64,000 nucleotides of DNA from an uncultured Verrucomicrobia subdivision 3 bacterium (GTDB taxonomy: Bacteria > Verrucomicrobiota > Verrucomicrobiia > Limisphaerales > UBA11358). The first letter of the stretch is position 1; each line of letters begins with the position of its first letter. A program made the position numbers and the translations under genes. Under the pieces are notes generated by a model, which was given only the letters and a program-made list of their open reading frames with translations, was not told where the DNA came from and did not search any database. This document shows, in pieces, positions 50,888 to 60,524 of the stretch. The stretch lies in assembly GCA_903835255.1 (NCBI GenBank), contig CAILMI010000046.1, positions 17,156 to 81,155 of the forward strand, given 5' to 3'.

Positions 50888-52372
50888 ATGAAAAAATATT
50901 TCTTAATCCTGACTTTAGTAATGGCTGCGCTTCTTCCCCTGCGGGCGCAGGAGACAGCGCCTGCCGCGCTGCCGTCCGCGTCGCTGGACCAGCGCATTGC
51001 CGCCCTGGAAGCCTATATCGGAAATGGGGATCCAGGCGCTTCCCTGACCAAAGATACCAATGGCGCTCTGACCGTCGCCGCCCCGGCGACCGTGGGTGTG
51101 GCGGGTCCCGGTCATAACGCGTGGATGATGACCAGCACCGCCCTGGTGCTGTTCATGACGCTCCCGGGCTTGGCGCTGTTCTACGGCGGGTTGGTACGCA
51201 AAAAAAACATCCTGTCGGTGGTGGCCCAGTGTTTCGGCATCACCGGCCTGGTGACAATCCTCTGGGTGGTGTGCGGCTACAGTTTCATTTTTGCCGATGG
51301 GACGGACCTGATTTCAGGCGTGCTGGGCAATTTGAAGTTCAAGATGCTGGAGGGCGTCACCTCCGCGACCAACACCAATTACGCGTACTGGGTCTCTCAA
51401 AACGTGTTTGCCATGTTCCAGCTGATGTTCGCCATTATCACCCCCGCGTTGATCCTGGGGGCCATCGCCGAGCGCATGAAGTTCGCCGCCATCTTGGTGT
51501 TTGTGGGCTTATGGATGCTGGTGGTTTATTTCCCGCTGGCCCACATGGTCTGGGGCATTAACGGCCTCATGAACGGCGTCTGGAATGCCGGTGCCAAGAT
51601 TCACGCGATTGATTTCGCGGGCGGAACGGTCGTCCACATGTCCTCGGGCTGGTCGGCATTGGTCCTCTGCATCATCCTGGGCAAGCGTCTGGGCTTCGGC
51701 AAAACCTCCATGCCGCCGCACAGCATGGTGATGTGCTTCATCGGAACAGCCATGCTCTGGGTCGGCTGGTATGGATTCAACGCGGGCAGCGCTTGCGCCG
51801 CCGACGGGGTCGCCGCCAATGCCTTCACTACGACCACCATTGCCACGGCCGTGGCCTCCTTTGTATGGCCGATGTTGGAGTGGCTGGTCAAAGGCCGCCC
51901 TAGCATCTTGGGCTTCTGTTCCGGCGCCGTGGCCGGCCTGGTGGTGATCACTCCGGCGTGCGGGTTTGTGACGCCGCAAGGCTCCCTGATTATCGGTCTC
52001 GCTGCCGGCATCATTCCCTGGTTCTTCTGCTACAAGGTCAAGGGCTGGTTCGGCTATGACGATGCCCTCGATACCTTCGGCGTGCACGCCATCGGCGGCA
52101 CTCTGGGCGCGATCCTGACCGGGATGCTGGCGCGGAATTCTGCTAATGCCAATCTGGCCTTAAACCTCAAAGCCTATGTCACCGACACGCTGTTCCAACC
52201 GCTGTTGATCGAGCAATTGAAGGCGGTCGGCATCACCATCGCCCTCGCCGTCGTCGGCACGGCCATCCTTGCCTTCGTGGTCAAGTTGCTCATCGGGCTG
52301 CGTCCCAGCGAGGAAGTGGAAATGACCGGGCTGGACCTCTCGGAACACGGGGAGGAAGGCTACCATAGTTAA
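50888..52372 (+). CDS. amtB: Ammonium transporter
   Basis: PGLALFYGG, DFAGGTVVH, GWYGFN, DDALDTFGVH and HGEEGY. Confidence 0.97.
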   Translation: MKKYFLILTLVMAALLPLRAQETAPAALPSASLDQRIAALEAYIGNGDPGASLTKDTNGALTVAAPATVGVAGPGHNAWMMTSTALVLFMTLPGLALFYGGLVRKKNILSVVAQCFGITGLVTILWVVCGYSFIFADGTDLISGVLGNLKFKMLEGVTSATNTNYAYWVSQNVFAMFQLMFAIITPALILGAIAERMKFAAILVFVGLWMLVVYFPLAHMVWGINGLMNGVWNAGAKIHAIDFAGGTVVHMSSGWSALVLCIILGKRLGFGKTSMPPHSMVMCFIGTAMLWVGWYGFNAGSACAADGVAANAFTTTTIATAVASFVWPMLEWLVKGRPSILGFCSGAVAGLVVITPACGFVTPQGSLIIGLAAGIIPWFFCYKVKGWFGYDDALDTFGVHAIGGTLGAILTGMLARNSANANLALNLKAYVTDTLFQPLLIEQLKAVGITIALAVVGTAILAFVVKLLIGLRPSEEVEMTGLDLSEHGEEGYHS

Positions 52373-52395
52373 TATCAGACGTATCCTTTAACACG

Positions 52396-52427
52396 ACGGC
52401 GGGCAACCCGGGTGGCCCGCCGTTTTT
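52396..52427 (+). terminator. Intrinsic terminator after amtB
   Basis: ACGGCGGGC-loop-GCCCGCCGT followed by TTTT. Confidence 0.85.
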
Positions 52428-52436
52428 GGTTGGAGG

Positions 52437-52737
52437 CCTCAGTCGAGGAGGCGGAGCGGACGGGTTGAAAGGCACGAGGCCAATGACCGTCTCGCTCCGC
52501 CCCTCATCCAACCGGACGGGCGGTTTTCCCGCATCCGGCTTTCCGAGGCCGCTTCCACGGCTGGGCTGGCACCCGCCGTCAGAGTGAACCTTGCAGCGCC
52601 TGGGACTTTTGGCCGAGTTTATATCCCGGTTGCCCCGTCGCTCTCCAGTCCCATTGCTGTCACAGCTTTCGTTCGTGAACAGTCCCCTTCGACCGGCGGG
52701 ACTTCTATCCGCGCGGTATCCCGCTTCACCAGCGCAC
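52437..52737 (-). mobile_element. ORF-less miniature/relic group II intron
   Basis: Minus strand begins GTGCGC...GAAGTCCC and ends with domain V (GAAAGCCGGATGCGGGAAAACCGCCCGTCCGGTTG) and a long domain VI stem ending CTCCTCGACT. Confidence 0.8.
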
Positions 52738-53026
52738 ACCCGAACGCCGAAGCGGGCAAAGCTTCCGCGCTGCTGCCGCCTGGATGGCCGTCCTCAAGGA
52801 CTTGGTGATTCAGGCCCGCGTAGAATGCTCCTAGCGATAGGCGCGCCCGCCCGCCGCTACCAATACGGGGCAAGGATCCGGCGCGGGGAGGCTTCTTTTC
52901 CTGGGGGGATTCGAGGGGGGAAGCGGGTGCCGTGTCATAAATATCGTGTCCGCCGCTTGATGTGCGGTGATTTTCATTTCAATTGCCAGTGATTATTGCT
53001 ATAAGAGAGAGGTTCAACAGTCACCT

Positions 53027-54598
53027 ATGCCCAAATTATTTCTCGGACTGGATTCCAGCACGCAAAGCCTCAGCGCGGTGGTCATCGATCTCGGCTCGCG
53101 CCGGACGATCTATGAAAAATCGGTCAACTTTGACCGGGCGCTGCCGCACTACCGGACGAAAAACGGGGTGCTGCCCCTGCGGGATCCGCTGGTGAAGCAT
53201 AGCCCGCCCCTGATGTGGGCCGAGGCGCTGGACCTGATTTTCGCGGGCATGAAAAAGGACGGGGTGGCGCTGGGCGATATCCTGGCCGTCAGCGGCTGCG
53301 GCCAGCAGCACGGCTCGGTCTATTTCAATGACCGGATTGGTCCCGCGCTGGAGTTGCTGGACCCCAAGCGGTCTCTGGTGGAGAACCTGCGCGGGGTGTT
53401 CGCGCGCAAAACCGCGCCCATTTGGATGGACGCGTCGACCTCGGCGGAGTGCGCGGAGATCCGCAAGAAACTGGGCGGTATCAAGTACACCGCCTCGCGC
53501 ACCGGCTCGGACACGTTTGAGCGGTTCACCGGGCCCCAGATCCGTAAGTTTTTCAAGACCGAGCCCGAGGCCTATGCCAAAACGTCTAGCATCGCACTGG
53601 TGAGCTCGTTTCTGGCCTCGCTGCTGGCGGGCCGGGTGGCGCCGATTGACTACGGCGACGGCGCGGGCATGAACCTGATGGACATCCGCAAAAAAGTGTG
53701 GGACATGGACGCACTCAAGGCGACCGCGCCCAGTTTGAAGAAAAAGCTCCCGCCCCTGGCCGCACCCGGACAGGATCTCGGTCCGGTCAGCCGCTATTTC
53801 GTGGATAAATACGGTCTGAATCCCGAAGCGCGGGCGACTGCGTGGACCGGGGACAATCCTGCCAGCGTCATCGGTCTGGGGCTCGTCAAGCCCGGGCAGG
53901 TCGCGGTGAGCCTGGGCACCAGTGACACGTTTTTCGGTTCGATGGAGCAATGCCGGACGGATGAGACGGGCGAGGGCCATGTTTTCGGATCACCCACGGG
54001 TCAGTATGTGACGCTGATCTGTTTCAAGAACGGATCGCTGGCGCGTGAGAAGGTCCGCGAGTTGTATGGCATTGCCGACTGGCCGGCGTTTGGTGAGCGG
54101 CTTCGGCAGACGCCCCCCGGCAATCATGGCGGCATCCTGCTGCCCTGGTTCGAGGCGGAGATTGTGCCGCGGGTGAACCGCCCGGGGATCCGCCGCTTTG
54201 ATCTGGATTCCGCCGACGCCGCCGCGAACTGCCGCGCGGTTTTCGAGGCGCAGATGCTGTCGATGCGCCTGCATTCGCAATGGATGAAGGTGGCGCCGGA
54301 GAAAATTCTGGCCACGGGCGGGGCCTCCAGCAATGAGGCGCTGCTGCAAGTGATGGCCGACGTGATGCATTGCCGAGTGCAGCGGATTGAAGTCTCCAAG
54401 AGCGCGGCGCTCGGGGCGGCGCTGCAGGCGGCGCATGGCTGGCTCACGGCCGCCGGAAAATCGCCCCGCTGGGACAAGCTCGTCGCCGGATTCAGCGCCC
54501 CGATTCCCGGCAGCGAGATCCGTCCCAACCCCAAGGCGTCGCGCGTGTACGACCAGTTGCTCGAGAAATACGCCGATTGCGAGCGCGAGGCCTTGTGA
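53027..54598 (+). CDS. xylB: FGGY-family xylulokinase (eukaryote XYLB-like subtype)
   Basis: LGLDSSTQSL, GQQHGSVY, ERFTGPQIRK, GDNPAS, SLGTSDT and FKNGSLARE. Confidence 0.85.
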   Translation: MPKLFLGLDSSTQSLSAVVIDLGSRRTIYEKSVNFDRALPHYRTKNGVLPLRDPLVKHSPPLMWAEALDLIFAGMKKDGVALGDILAVSGCGQQHGSVYFNDRIGPALELLDPKRSLVENLRGVFARKTAPIWMDASTSAECAEIRKKLGGIKYTASRTGSDTFERFTGPQIRKFFKTEPEAYAKTSSIALVSSFLASLLAGRVAPIDYGDGAGMNLMDIRKKVWDMDALKATAPSLKKKLPPLAAPGQDLGPVSRYFVDKYGLNPEARATAWTGDNPASVIGLGLVKPGQVAVSLGTSDTFFGSMEQCRTDETGEGHVFGSPTGQYVTLICFKNGSLAREKVRELYGIADWPAFGERLRQTPPGNHGGILLPWFEAEIVPRVNRPGIRRFDLDSADAAANCRAVFEAQMLSMRLHSQWMKVAPEKILATGGASSNEALLQVMADVMHCRVQRIEVSKSAALGAALQAAHGWLTAAGKSPRWDKLVAGFSAPIPGSEIRPNPKASRVYDQLLEKYADCEREAL

Positions 54599-54690
54599 AT
54601 TTGGACTCCGCCACTGGGCGAATCGGGGGGCATTTCCTTTTCTGGCCCGCTGCGACGACTCCCAGGCAGATGCCCCGCCCTGGTAACATT

Positions 54691-54981
54691 TAATCCCGAA
54701 CTCCGAAATGGGGTAGATGGCGCGCGGCGCCGTCCCTGTCGCCGAGCGCAGCGTCAGGCGACGAAGTGCGTGGGGTGGCGCGTGAAATCGGGCACAATTT
54801 GTTCCGCCTGCTCCGCGCGGGCGAAAGGGGTTCATTTTAATCTCGATTCTGAATTTAAGATTCGGATGCAACGGCGAGGCGTCGCTGCCTTCACTCCCTC
54901 TCTTCCATGAAATGGAGGAGAGGGCGGGGAGAGGAGGCGCTTGGTTCGCAGAGGCTGGCCCACTTCAGAAGTCGGGTTCTA
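54691..54981. mobile_element. Composite MITE-like element bounded by family-A termini, containing module C
   Basis: TAATCCCGAACTCCGAA ... TTCAGAAGTCGGGTTCTA. Internal CTTCCATGAAATGGAGGAG is shared with the 44874-45014 copy (reverse). Confidence 0.65.
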
Positions 54982-54983
54982 TA

Positions 54984-55079
54984 ACGGCATGAATCCGGCT
55001 CAGATCTTGCCCTTGGGCGTCTTGGGCGCCTGGACGGCGCATTCGGACGACATGCTTCCGGTTCAGTTGAACTACCATA
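54984..55079 (+). repeat. Repeat module B
   Basis: GGCATGAATCCGGCT...GACATGCTTCCG, ending AACTACCATA (near reverse complement of TATGGCAGTT). Confidence 0.7.
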
Positions 55080-55158
55080 TAAATGCTCGCCCCGGCACTT
55101 TGGATAAAAACTGGATTGCATTTTTGTTTTAACTTACCAGAATGAGGCACTTAAATTT

Positions 55159-55998
55159 ATGACCATCAAAACTATTGTCTTGGGCGTGATCGTTTCTCTG
55201 GGGGTTGCCGGATCGCTGCGGGCGGACGGCACCAATATGTTGGGCGATGAAAAGTCGCGGGTGAGCTATGCCATCGGCATGATGCTGGGCCATAATTGGC
55301 AGCAGCAGGGCCTAGAGGTTGATCCGGAAATCGCCGCGCGCGCGATCAAGGATATCCAGTCCGGCGGCGCCACGCTGCTCTCGCAGACGGAGATGCAGGA
55401 AACCCTGACGGCTTTCCAGAAGGAATTCAAAGTTAAACAGCAGAAGATTCAGGAGGAGAAGGCCATCAAGAACAAGGCGGAGGGCGCCGACTTTCTCGCC
55501 GCAAACAAGGCCAAGCCCGGGGTGGTTACCCTGCCGGACGGGCTCCAATACACCGTGCTGACCGAAGGCTCGGGCGCCATGCCCCAGGCGGACAACGTGG
55601 TGTCGGTGCATTACCGCGGCACGCTGTTGGACGGGACTGAATTCGACAGTTCCTATAAACGCGGTCAGCCCGCGCAGTTCCCGGTGAATGGCGTCATCCG
55701 GGGCTGGACCGAGGCGCTGCAGTTGATGAAGACCGGTTCGAAGTGGAAGCTCTTCATTCCCTCGGATCTGGCTTATGGCGAAAACGGTCAGCGCAGCATT
55801 CCGCCGAACTCCGTCCTGATCTTTGAGGTGGAACTGCTCTCGGTGCAACCGTCCGCGCCTCCGGCACCGCCCGCCCAGCCTTTGACGAGCGACATCATCA
55901 AGGTGCCCTCGGCTGAGGAAATGAAAAAGGGCGCCAAAATTGAGACAATCAAGGCGGAAGACGTTCAGAAAATGCAGGCCCAGCCGCAGGCGAAATAA
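55159..55998 (+). CDS. FKBP-type peptidyl-prolyl isomerase (FkpA/Mip)
   Basis: SYAIG, VHYRGTLLDGTEFDSS, VIRGWTEAL and LIFEVELL. Confidence 0.95.
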   Translation: MTIKTIVLGVIVSLGVAGSLRADGTNMLGDEKSRVSYAIGMMLGHNWQQQGLEVDPEIAARAIKDIQSGGATLLSQTEMQETLTAFQKEFKVKQQKIQEEKAIKNKAEGADFLAANKAKPGVVTLPDGLQYTVLTEGSGAMPQADNVVSVHYRGTLLDGTEFDSSYKRGQPAQFPVNGVIRGWTEALQLMKTGSKWKLFIPSDLAYGENGQRSIPPNSVLIFEVELLSVQPSAPPAPPAQPLTSDIIKVPSAEEMKKGAKIETIKAEDVQKMQAQPQAK

Positions 55999-56230
55999 CG
56001 GCTTGAGATGGGTCCAATCGGCTGCAAGGCTGGACGGGTCGGAATAATCCGTCCGCGCCGTCAAGGTGTTGCATCCCTTTTTTAAGGGTTAAAATTGGCG
56101 CGGGCAACCCGACGGGGTTTGCGCCCGTTTTTAAGGTTCCAAACGAGTCGGGAAAGGAGTCTGGAAAGGAGTTGGGGGGATATTTCCGTTTGAACATCCG
56201 CGCCAAACGTGTGTCCACTAAAGGAACTTT

Positions 56231-57757
56231 ATGAAAAACATCTCCAGACCCTTTGCCGGTTTTTTGTCCGCGGTGGCGGGTTCCCTGCTGGTCGTCGCCG
56301 TATTTCATCTCACCCTCTGGGGCAAAGACGCTACCCCTAACTTCAAGCTCTCCGCCACGCCTATTAATCGGGACGTGAAGCTGGGGACGAGTTTTTCGCC
56401 TGTCGTTAAAAAAGCCGCCCCCAGCGTGGTGAACATCTACTCCACGCGCATCATCCGCGAAATGCCCCAGCGCAACCCCTTTCGCGAAAACCCCATGTTC
56501 CGGGAGTTTTTCGGGGACGCGTTTCCGCAAGATCGCTCGCCGCGCTCGCGCAAGGAGCAGGGACTTGGCTCCGGCGTCATCGTCTCCCCTGATGGCTATA
56601 TCCTCACCGCCCACCACGTCGTCACCGGCGCGGATGAGATCAAGGTCGCCATCGCGGGTGCCGACAAGAAAGAGTACACCGCAAAAATCGTCGGCACCGA
56701 CCCGCAGACGGATGTGGCGGTGCTGAAGATTGAAGCCACCGGATTGCCGGCCATCACGCTGGCCGATAGCGACCAGCTGGAGATTGGGGACGTGGTGCTG
56801 GCCATCGGCAATCCGTTCGGGGTCGGGCAGACTGTGACCTTGGGTATGGTGAGCGCTTTGGACCGGCACTATGGGGTCCATGGAGCTAACGGATATGAGA
56901 ACTTCATCCAGACCGATGCCGCCATCAACCCCGGCAATTCCGGCGGCGCATTGGTGGACATGGAGGGACGGCTCATCGGCATCAACACCTGGATTGCCAG
57001 CAGCAGCGGCGGGAGCCAAGGGATCGGATTTGCCGTTCCGGTCAATATGGCGCGGCGCGTGATGGAGCGGCTCATCAGCGGCGGCCGGGTACAGCGCGGC
57101 TTTCTTGGTATCACCCTGCAGGATGTCGATGCCAATCTGGCCAAGCAATTTGGGTTGTCCGGTCCAAATGGCGCACTGGTCAACGATGTCATGCCCAATA
57201 TGCCCGCAGACAAGGCCGGCATCCGGTCAGGGGATGTCATCGTGGCATTCAACGGAAAGCCGATGGCGGACGGGCATGAATTGCAACTGGCGGTTTCGGA
57301 TTGTGCGCCCGGTAGCGTGGCAACGGTGAAGCTGATTCGCAACCGGGCATCCAAAACCCTGGAGGTGACATTGGGGGAACTGCCCAAACAAGGCGGAGCC
57401 AGCGGCGCTGAACCGAACGATGCGGACGCTTTGAAAAGTGATGCGCTGGAGGGCGTGATGGTATCGGATTTGGACAGGAACGCGCGTCAGCAATTGAGAA
57501 TTCCCGAATATATTCAAGGTGCCCTAGTGGAGGAGGTGGAGGCAGACTCCAATGCGGCGGCGGCCGGTTTGCAAAAAGGCGACGTCCTGGTGGAGATCAA
57601 TCGCCAGCCGGTAGGCGATGCTTCCTCCGCCGTGGAGCGCTGCCAGCAGGCCCGGGGTGACCAGATCCTGCTGAAAATCTGGCGTCGGAACGGGGAACGC
57701 TCAGGCACGCGTTTTTTAAGCGTGGACAACACCAAACAGGAATCCAGTGCCAAGTGA
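56231..57757 (+). CDS. Do/DegQ (HtrA) serine protease with two PDZ domains
   Basis: GSGVI, TAHHV, TDVAV and QTDAAINPGNSGG. Confidence 0.95.
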   Translation: MKNISRPFAGFLSAVAGSLLVVAVFHLTLWGKDATPNFKLSATPINRDVKLGTSFSPVVKKAAPSVVNIYSTRIIREMPQRNPFRENPMFREFFGDAFPQDRSPRSRKEQGLGSGVIVSPDGYILTAHHVVTGADEIKVAIAGADKKEYTAKIVGTDPQTDVAVLKIEATGLPAITLADSDQLEIGDVVLAIGNPFGVGQTVTLGMVSALDRHYGVHGANGYENFIQTDAAINPGNSGGALVDMEGRLIGINTWIASSSGGSQGIGFAVPVNMARRVMERLISGGRVQRGFLGITLQDVDANLAKQFGLSGPNGALVNDVMPNMPADKAGIRSGDVIVAFNGKPMADGHELQLAVSDCAPGSVATVKLIRNRASKTLEVTLGELPKQGGASGAEPNDADALKSDALEGVMVSDLDRNARQQLRIPEYIQGALVEEVEADSNAAAAGLQKGDVLVEINRQPVGDASSAVERCQQARGDQILLKIWRRNGERSGTRFLSVDNTKQESSAK

Positions 57758-58025
57758 GGAGCGGTGGTTTGGTTTTCGGCTGGTTTGATAGGATTCCCCT
57801 TTGAGTTCCTTGCGCAGTTGACCGCAATGCGCGGGAGTTCAGGTTCCTGACAGTTTCCGGTTTATCTCCCTTCAGTTCTTGGCTTGGGGTGATTTTTTCT
57901 CATAGGGATAAAAAAACGATCTGGGAGCGTTCTGGCCGGCCGATTCTCTCGGCCCGCCACTTTTTTTCAGTCTGAACTTTGACAATGGCGGGCAGGTAGG
58001 CACATTCTTGGGCGTTTAAAGAGTT

Positions 58026-59003
58026 ATGTCCGTACAATACAAAGACTATTACCAGACCCTCGGCGTGCCCCGCACGGCCAGCGACGAGGAGATCAAAAAA
58101 GCCTTCCGCAAGCTCGCGCGGCAATATCACCCCGATGTCGCCAAGGATAAGAAGAAATCCGAGGAGAAGTTCAAGGAAATCAACGAAGCCTACGAGGTTC
58201 TCGGCGACCCCGCCAAACGCAAGAAATTCGACGAGCTCGGGGCCGATTGGAAATCCGGCGCGGAATTTCGTCCGCCCCCCGGCAACGGCGGATTCGGCGG
58301 GCAGGCGTTCCGCGGCGGCCGGCGCACCCCTCCTGAAGCGGACTTTGAATTTGGCGGCACGGGTTTCAGCGATTTCTTCGAACAGATGTTTGGAGGCGCC
58401 CGGCGCGGCCCGGGGGGCTTCGGCCGGTCGCAGGGTCCGATGGGCGGGGAAACGGCCGAGCGCGGCAATGACATTGAAGGCGACATTTTGGTGACGCTGG
58501 AAGAGGCCCTTCGAGGATCCGTGCGCGAAGTTAATGTGCGGCATCCGGTCGGACGCACCGTCAAGACGGACACGCATCAGGTTAAGATCCCGCCGGGGGT
58601 GACCGAGGGACAGAAACTGCGCCTCACCGGGCGGGGCGAACCCGGGGGAAACGGGGGCGCGGCGGGGGACCTTTACCTACGCGTCCGAATTGCCAAACAT
58701 CCTGAATTTGAGGTGGACGGACATCATCTAGTCCACGAGCTCGACCTCGCGCCTTGGGAAGCCGTGCTGGGCGGGGAGATCTCCGTGCCCACCCTGGACG
58801 GCCCGGTGAAGATCAAGCTTTCCCCCGGCACTCAGAGTGGCCAGAAGCTCCGGGTGCGCGGGCGGGGACTTCCGCAGCGCGATGGAACCCGCGCCGATCT
58901 GATGGTCCTCACGCGCATCGTGACCCCCACAAAGGTCACCGATGCGGAAAAGAAATTGTGGGAGCATCTCGCACACGAATCCCGGTTCCATCCCCGCGAT
59001 TGA
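58026..59003 (+). CDS. DnaJ-class (CbpA-like) co-chaperone without zinc finger
   Basis: HPD motif, G/F-rich linker and DnaJ C domain. Upstream TTGACA promoter. Confidence 0.92.
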   Translation: MSVQYKDYYQTLGVPRTASDEEIKKAFRKLARQYHPDVAKDKKKSEEKFKEINEAYEVLGDPAKRKKFDELGADWKSGAEFRPPPGNGGFGGQAFRGGRRTPPEADFEFGGTGFSDFFEQMFGGARRGPGGFGRSQGPMGGETAERGNDIEGDILVTLEEALRGSVREVNVRHPVGRTVKTDTHQVKIPPGVTEGQKLRLTGRGEPGGNGGAAGDLYLRVRIAKHPEFEVDGHHLVHELDLAPWEAVLGGEISVPTLDGPVKIKLSPGTQSGQKLRVRGRGLPQRDGTRADLMVLTRIVTPTKVTDAEKKLWEHLAHESRFHPRD

Positions 59004-59063
59004 GGTTTTCACAGCGAGGCGTCTTCCCAGACAATCGGGCATCTTTCACGCCGTGAACCGGGT

Positions 59064-59252
59064 TGAACTCTAACTCTGAAATAGAAGTTCGCGCCAGCAA
59101 GGTAGGGTCCAGCGCGCTGCGCTGACCTCGCCCGCCTTGAGCGGGAGTCTGGAAGGGGCCAGGCGGACGCCCGCAAAAGTCCCTTCCTCGCCCGATACGG
59201 CGCGGAGGCATCGCAGCCCGTTGCCATCTGCCCACTTGGAGTTCGGGTTGAA
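59064..59252 (+). mobile_element. MITE-like element family A, second copy
   Basis: Collinear with 37226-37416, ending TTGGAGTTCGGGTTGAA. Confidence 0.7.
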
Positions 59253-59322
59253 GTAAGCCTGAGTTTTTAGCGCTGGTATTTTGGCCTACGGTTGCATCAC
59301 TTGCCGTGCGTGCTATGTTGTA

Positions 59323-59431
59323 GTGGCGACGGAGCCGATGGTCTTAGCGGGTTATCCAACCTGCGGCCAACTCGAAGGCGCCGTGGTCATTGGAAGGCGC
59401 GGGTGTGAAGCCCGCGCCGTATTTTTTATTT
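59323..59431 (+). ncRNA. Candidate stand-alone small RNA (long hairpin plus terminator)
   Basis: Promoter TTGCAT-16-TATGTT at 59292-59319, a 68-nt interrupted hairpin at 59323-59390, then GGCGCGGGT/GCCCGCGCC with a T-tract. Confidence 0.55.
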
Positions 59432-59603
59432 GTCTGACATTCTGATTGTCGTGCCGGCGGCGGCCTGATTTAGTCCGCTGGAGGGAGGGCGAGGCGTCAA
59501 AGGAAGGTCTCATTTTTTGAGTGAACTGGGTGGTGGCACCTCCTAAGGCAGTGCTCCAGAGAGATTGGTTTTTTCTGCTTGTGTTTCTGGGGGGGTGTGA
59601 ATA

Positions 59604-59816
59604 ATGGTTGCCGTGCTCCATGATTTGATTTTCCTGCTCATTGTGGCTGTTGTGGCTTATGTGGTGTCTCAAATCTGTTTTGTGACCTTCAAGCCCGAGC
59701 GTTTTGAATCCAAGATGGACTGGTGGAAAGCTGAGGGAATCCTCATCTTTTTAATCGTGAGTGTCGGGCTGGTGCTGCTGGGGTTGGCTCGGCATCTGTT
59801 CCACAGCCTGCGATAG
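59604..59816 (+). CDS. Small two-TM hypothetical membrane protein (70 aa)
   Basis: Two hydrophobic segments flanking a charged loop. Confidence 0.55.
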   Translation: MVAVLHDLIFLLIVAVVAYVVSQICFVTFKPERFESKMDWWKAEGILIFLIVSVGLVLLGLARHLFHSLR

Positions 59817-60257
59817 GTCGGGTTCTCTCTTCCTTCGATCAATTTCTTTCTCCTAGGAATTGAAAATCGGCCAGGTTTTCTATCGGCATCGCCAGAGCTG
59901 GCAATAGCCCATTTTCAGTCGGCTATGAGAGAATCTGTTCATGCCCTTATCTCCTATTATTGAAGCTCTTTTCATGGGTTCGCTGTCGTTTTTTCTTTGG
60001 AAAGCGGCTGCGAGTGAGTTTTAAATCGTGTTGCGGGGAATGTTTTGGATTCGGATACGCGCTGTATGGATTCCGCAGGTGCGACTCTTCCAGTGCAGAA
60101 AAATCAACTATTTTTGCAGAAACGTATGAGGCGTTTTTTTTAAAGTATGATAACTATTCTGCTGTGTACCCCAATATGAACATTTTAAATCCTCGCGATT
60201 ATTTCTTTTCCTCCGTTAATTCATCGGCACAGCGTCCTGAGGTTTACGAAGGGGGTT

Positions 60258-60432
60258 CTGACGTCCGGTCGCCGGCCGGCGGATCATCCGGGCTGGTATC
60301 TCCAGGTGCAGGCTAATTCCCTGAGCCCGGGCTCGGCACCAATTGGGTTTATGTCCCCGGATTCAGCAGCGTGGTCACCCCCTGCTTTACCGTCAACACG
60401 GCCTACGCCTCGGTGTTCTATCGGTTGAAGAG
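60258..60432 (+). pseudogene. Frameshifted orphan fragment of a C-terminal tag domain
   Basis: PADHPGWYLQVQANSLSP, a shift near 60329, then GLGTNWVYVPG...ASVFYRL. No start codon or upstream domain. Confidence 0.6.
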
Positions 60433-60524
60433 CTCGAATCCTGGACGTCCGGCAATTGAAGTCCTAATAAGTCTAAACCGGCGGCGGGGTGCTGAAAGGC
60501 ATCCCACCGTCTTAAATAAATTTG

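Noticed and set aside
52290-52992. ORFs overlapping the intron relic as an intron-encoded protein
   Set aside because: No RT (YADD) or maturase motifs; the translation simply reads through domain V.
57900-58025. CIRCE/CtsR heat-shock operators upstream of the DnaJ-class gene and clpC
   Set aside because: No TTAGCACTC-N9-GAGTGCTAA or GGTCAAA direct repeat seen.
59323-59390. Fluoride riboswitch, SRP RNA or tRNA-Sec
   Set aside because: Only a short CGATGG similarity; the conserved downstream elements of these families are absent.
59960-60316. 118-aa ORF
   Set aside because: TTG start in AT-rich promoter-like DNA, no motifs, and it overlaps the pseudogene fragment in another frame.
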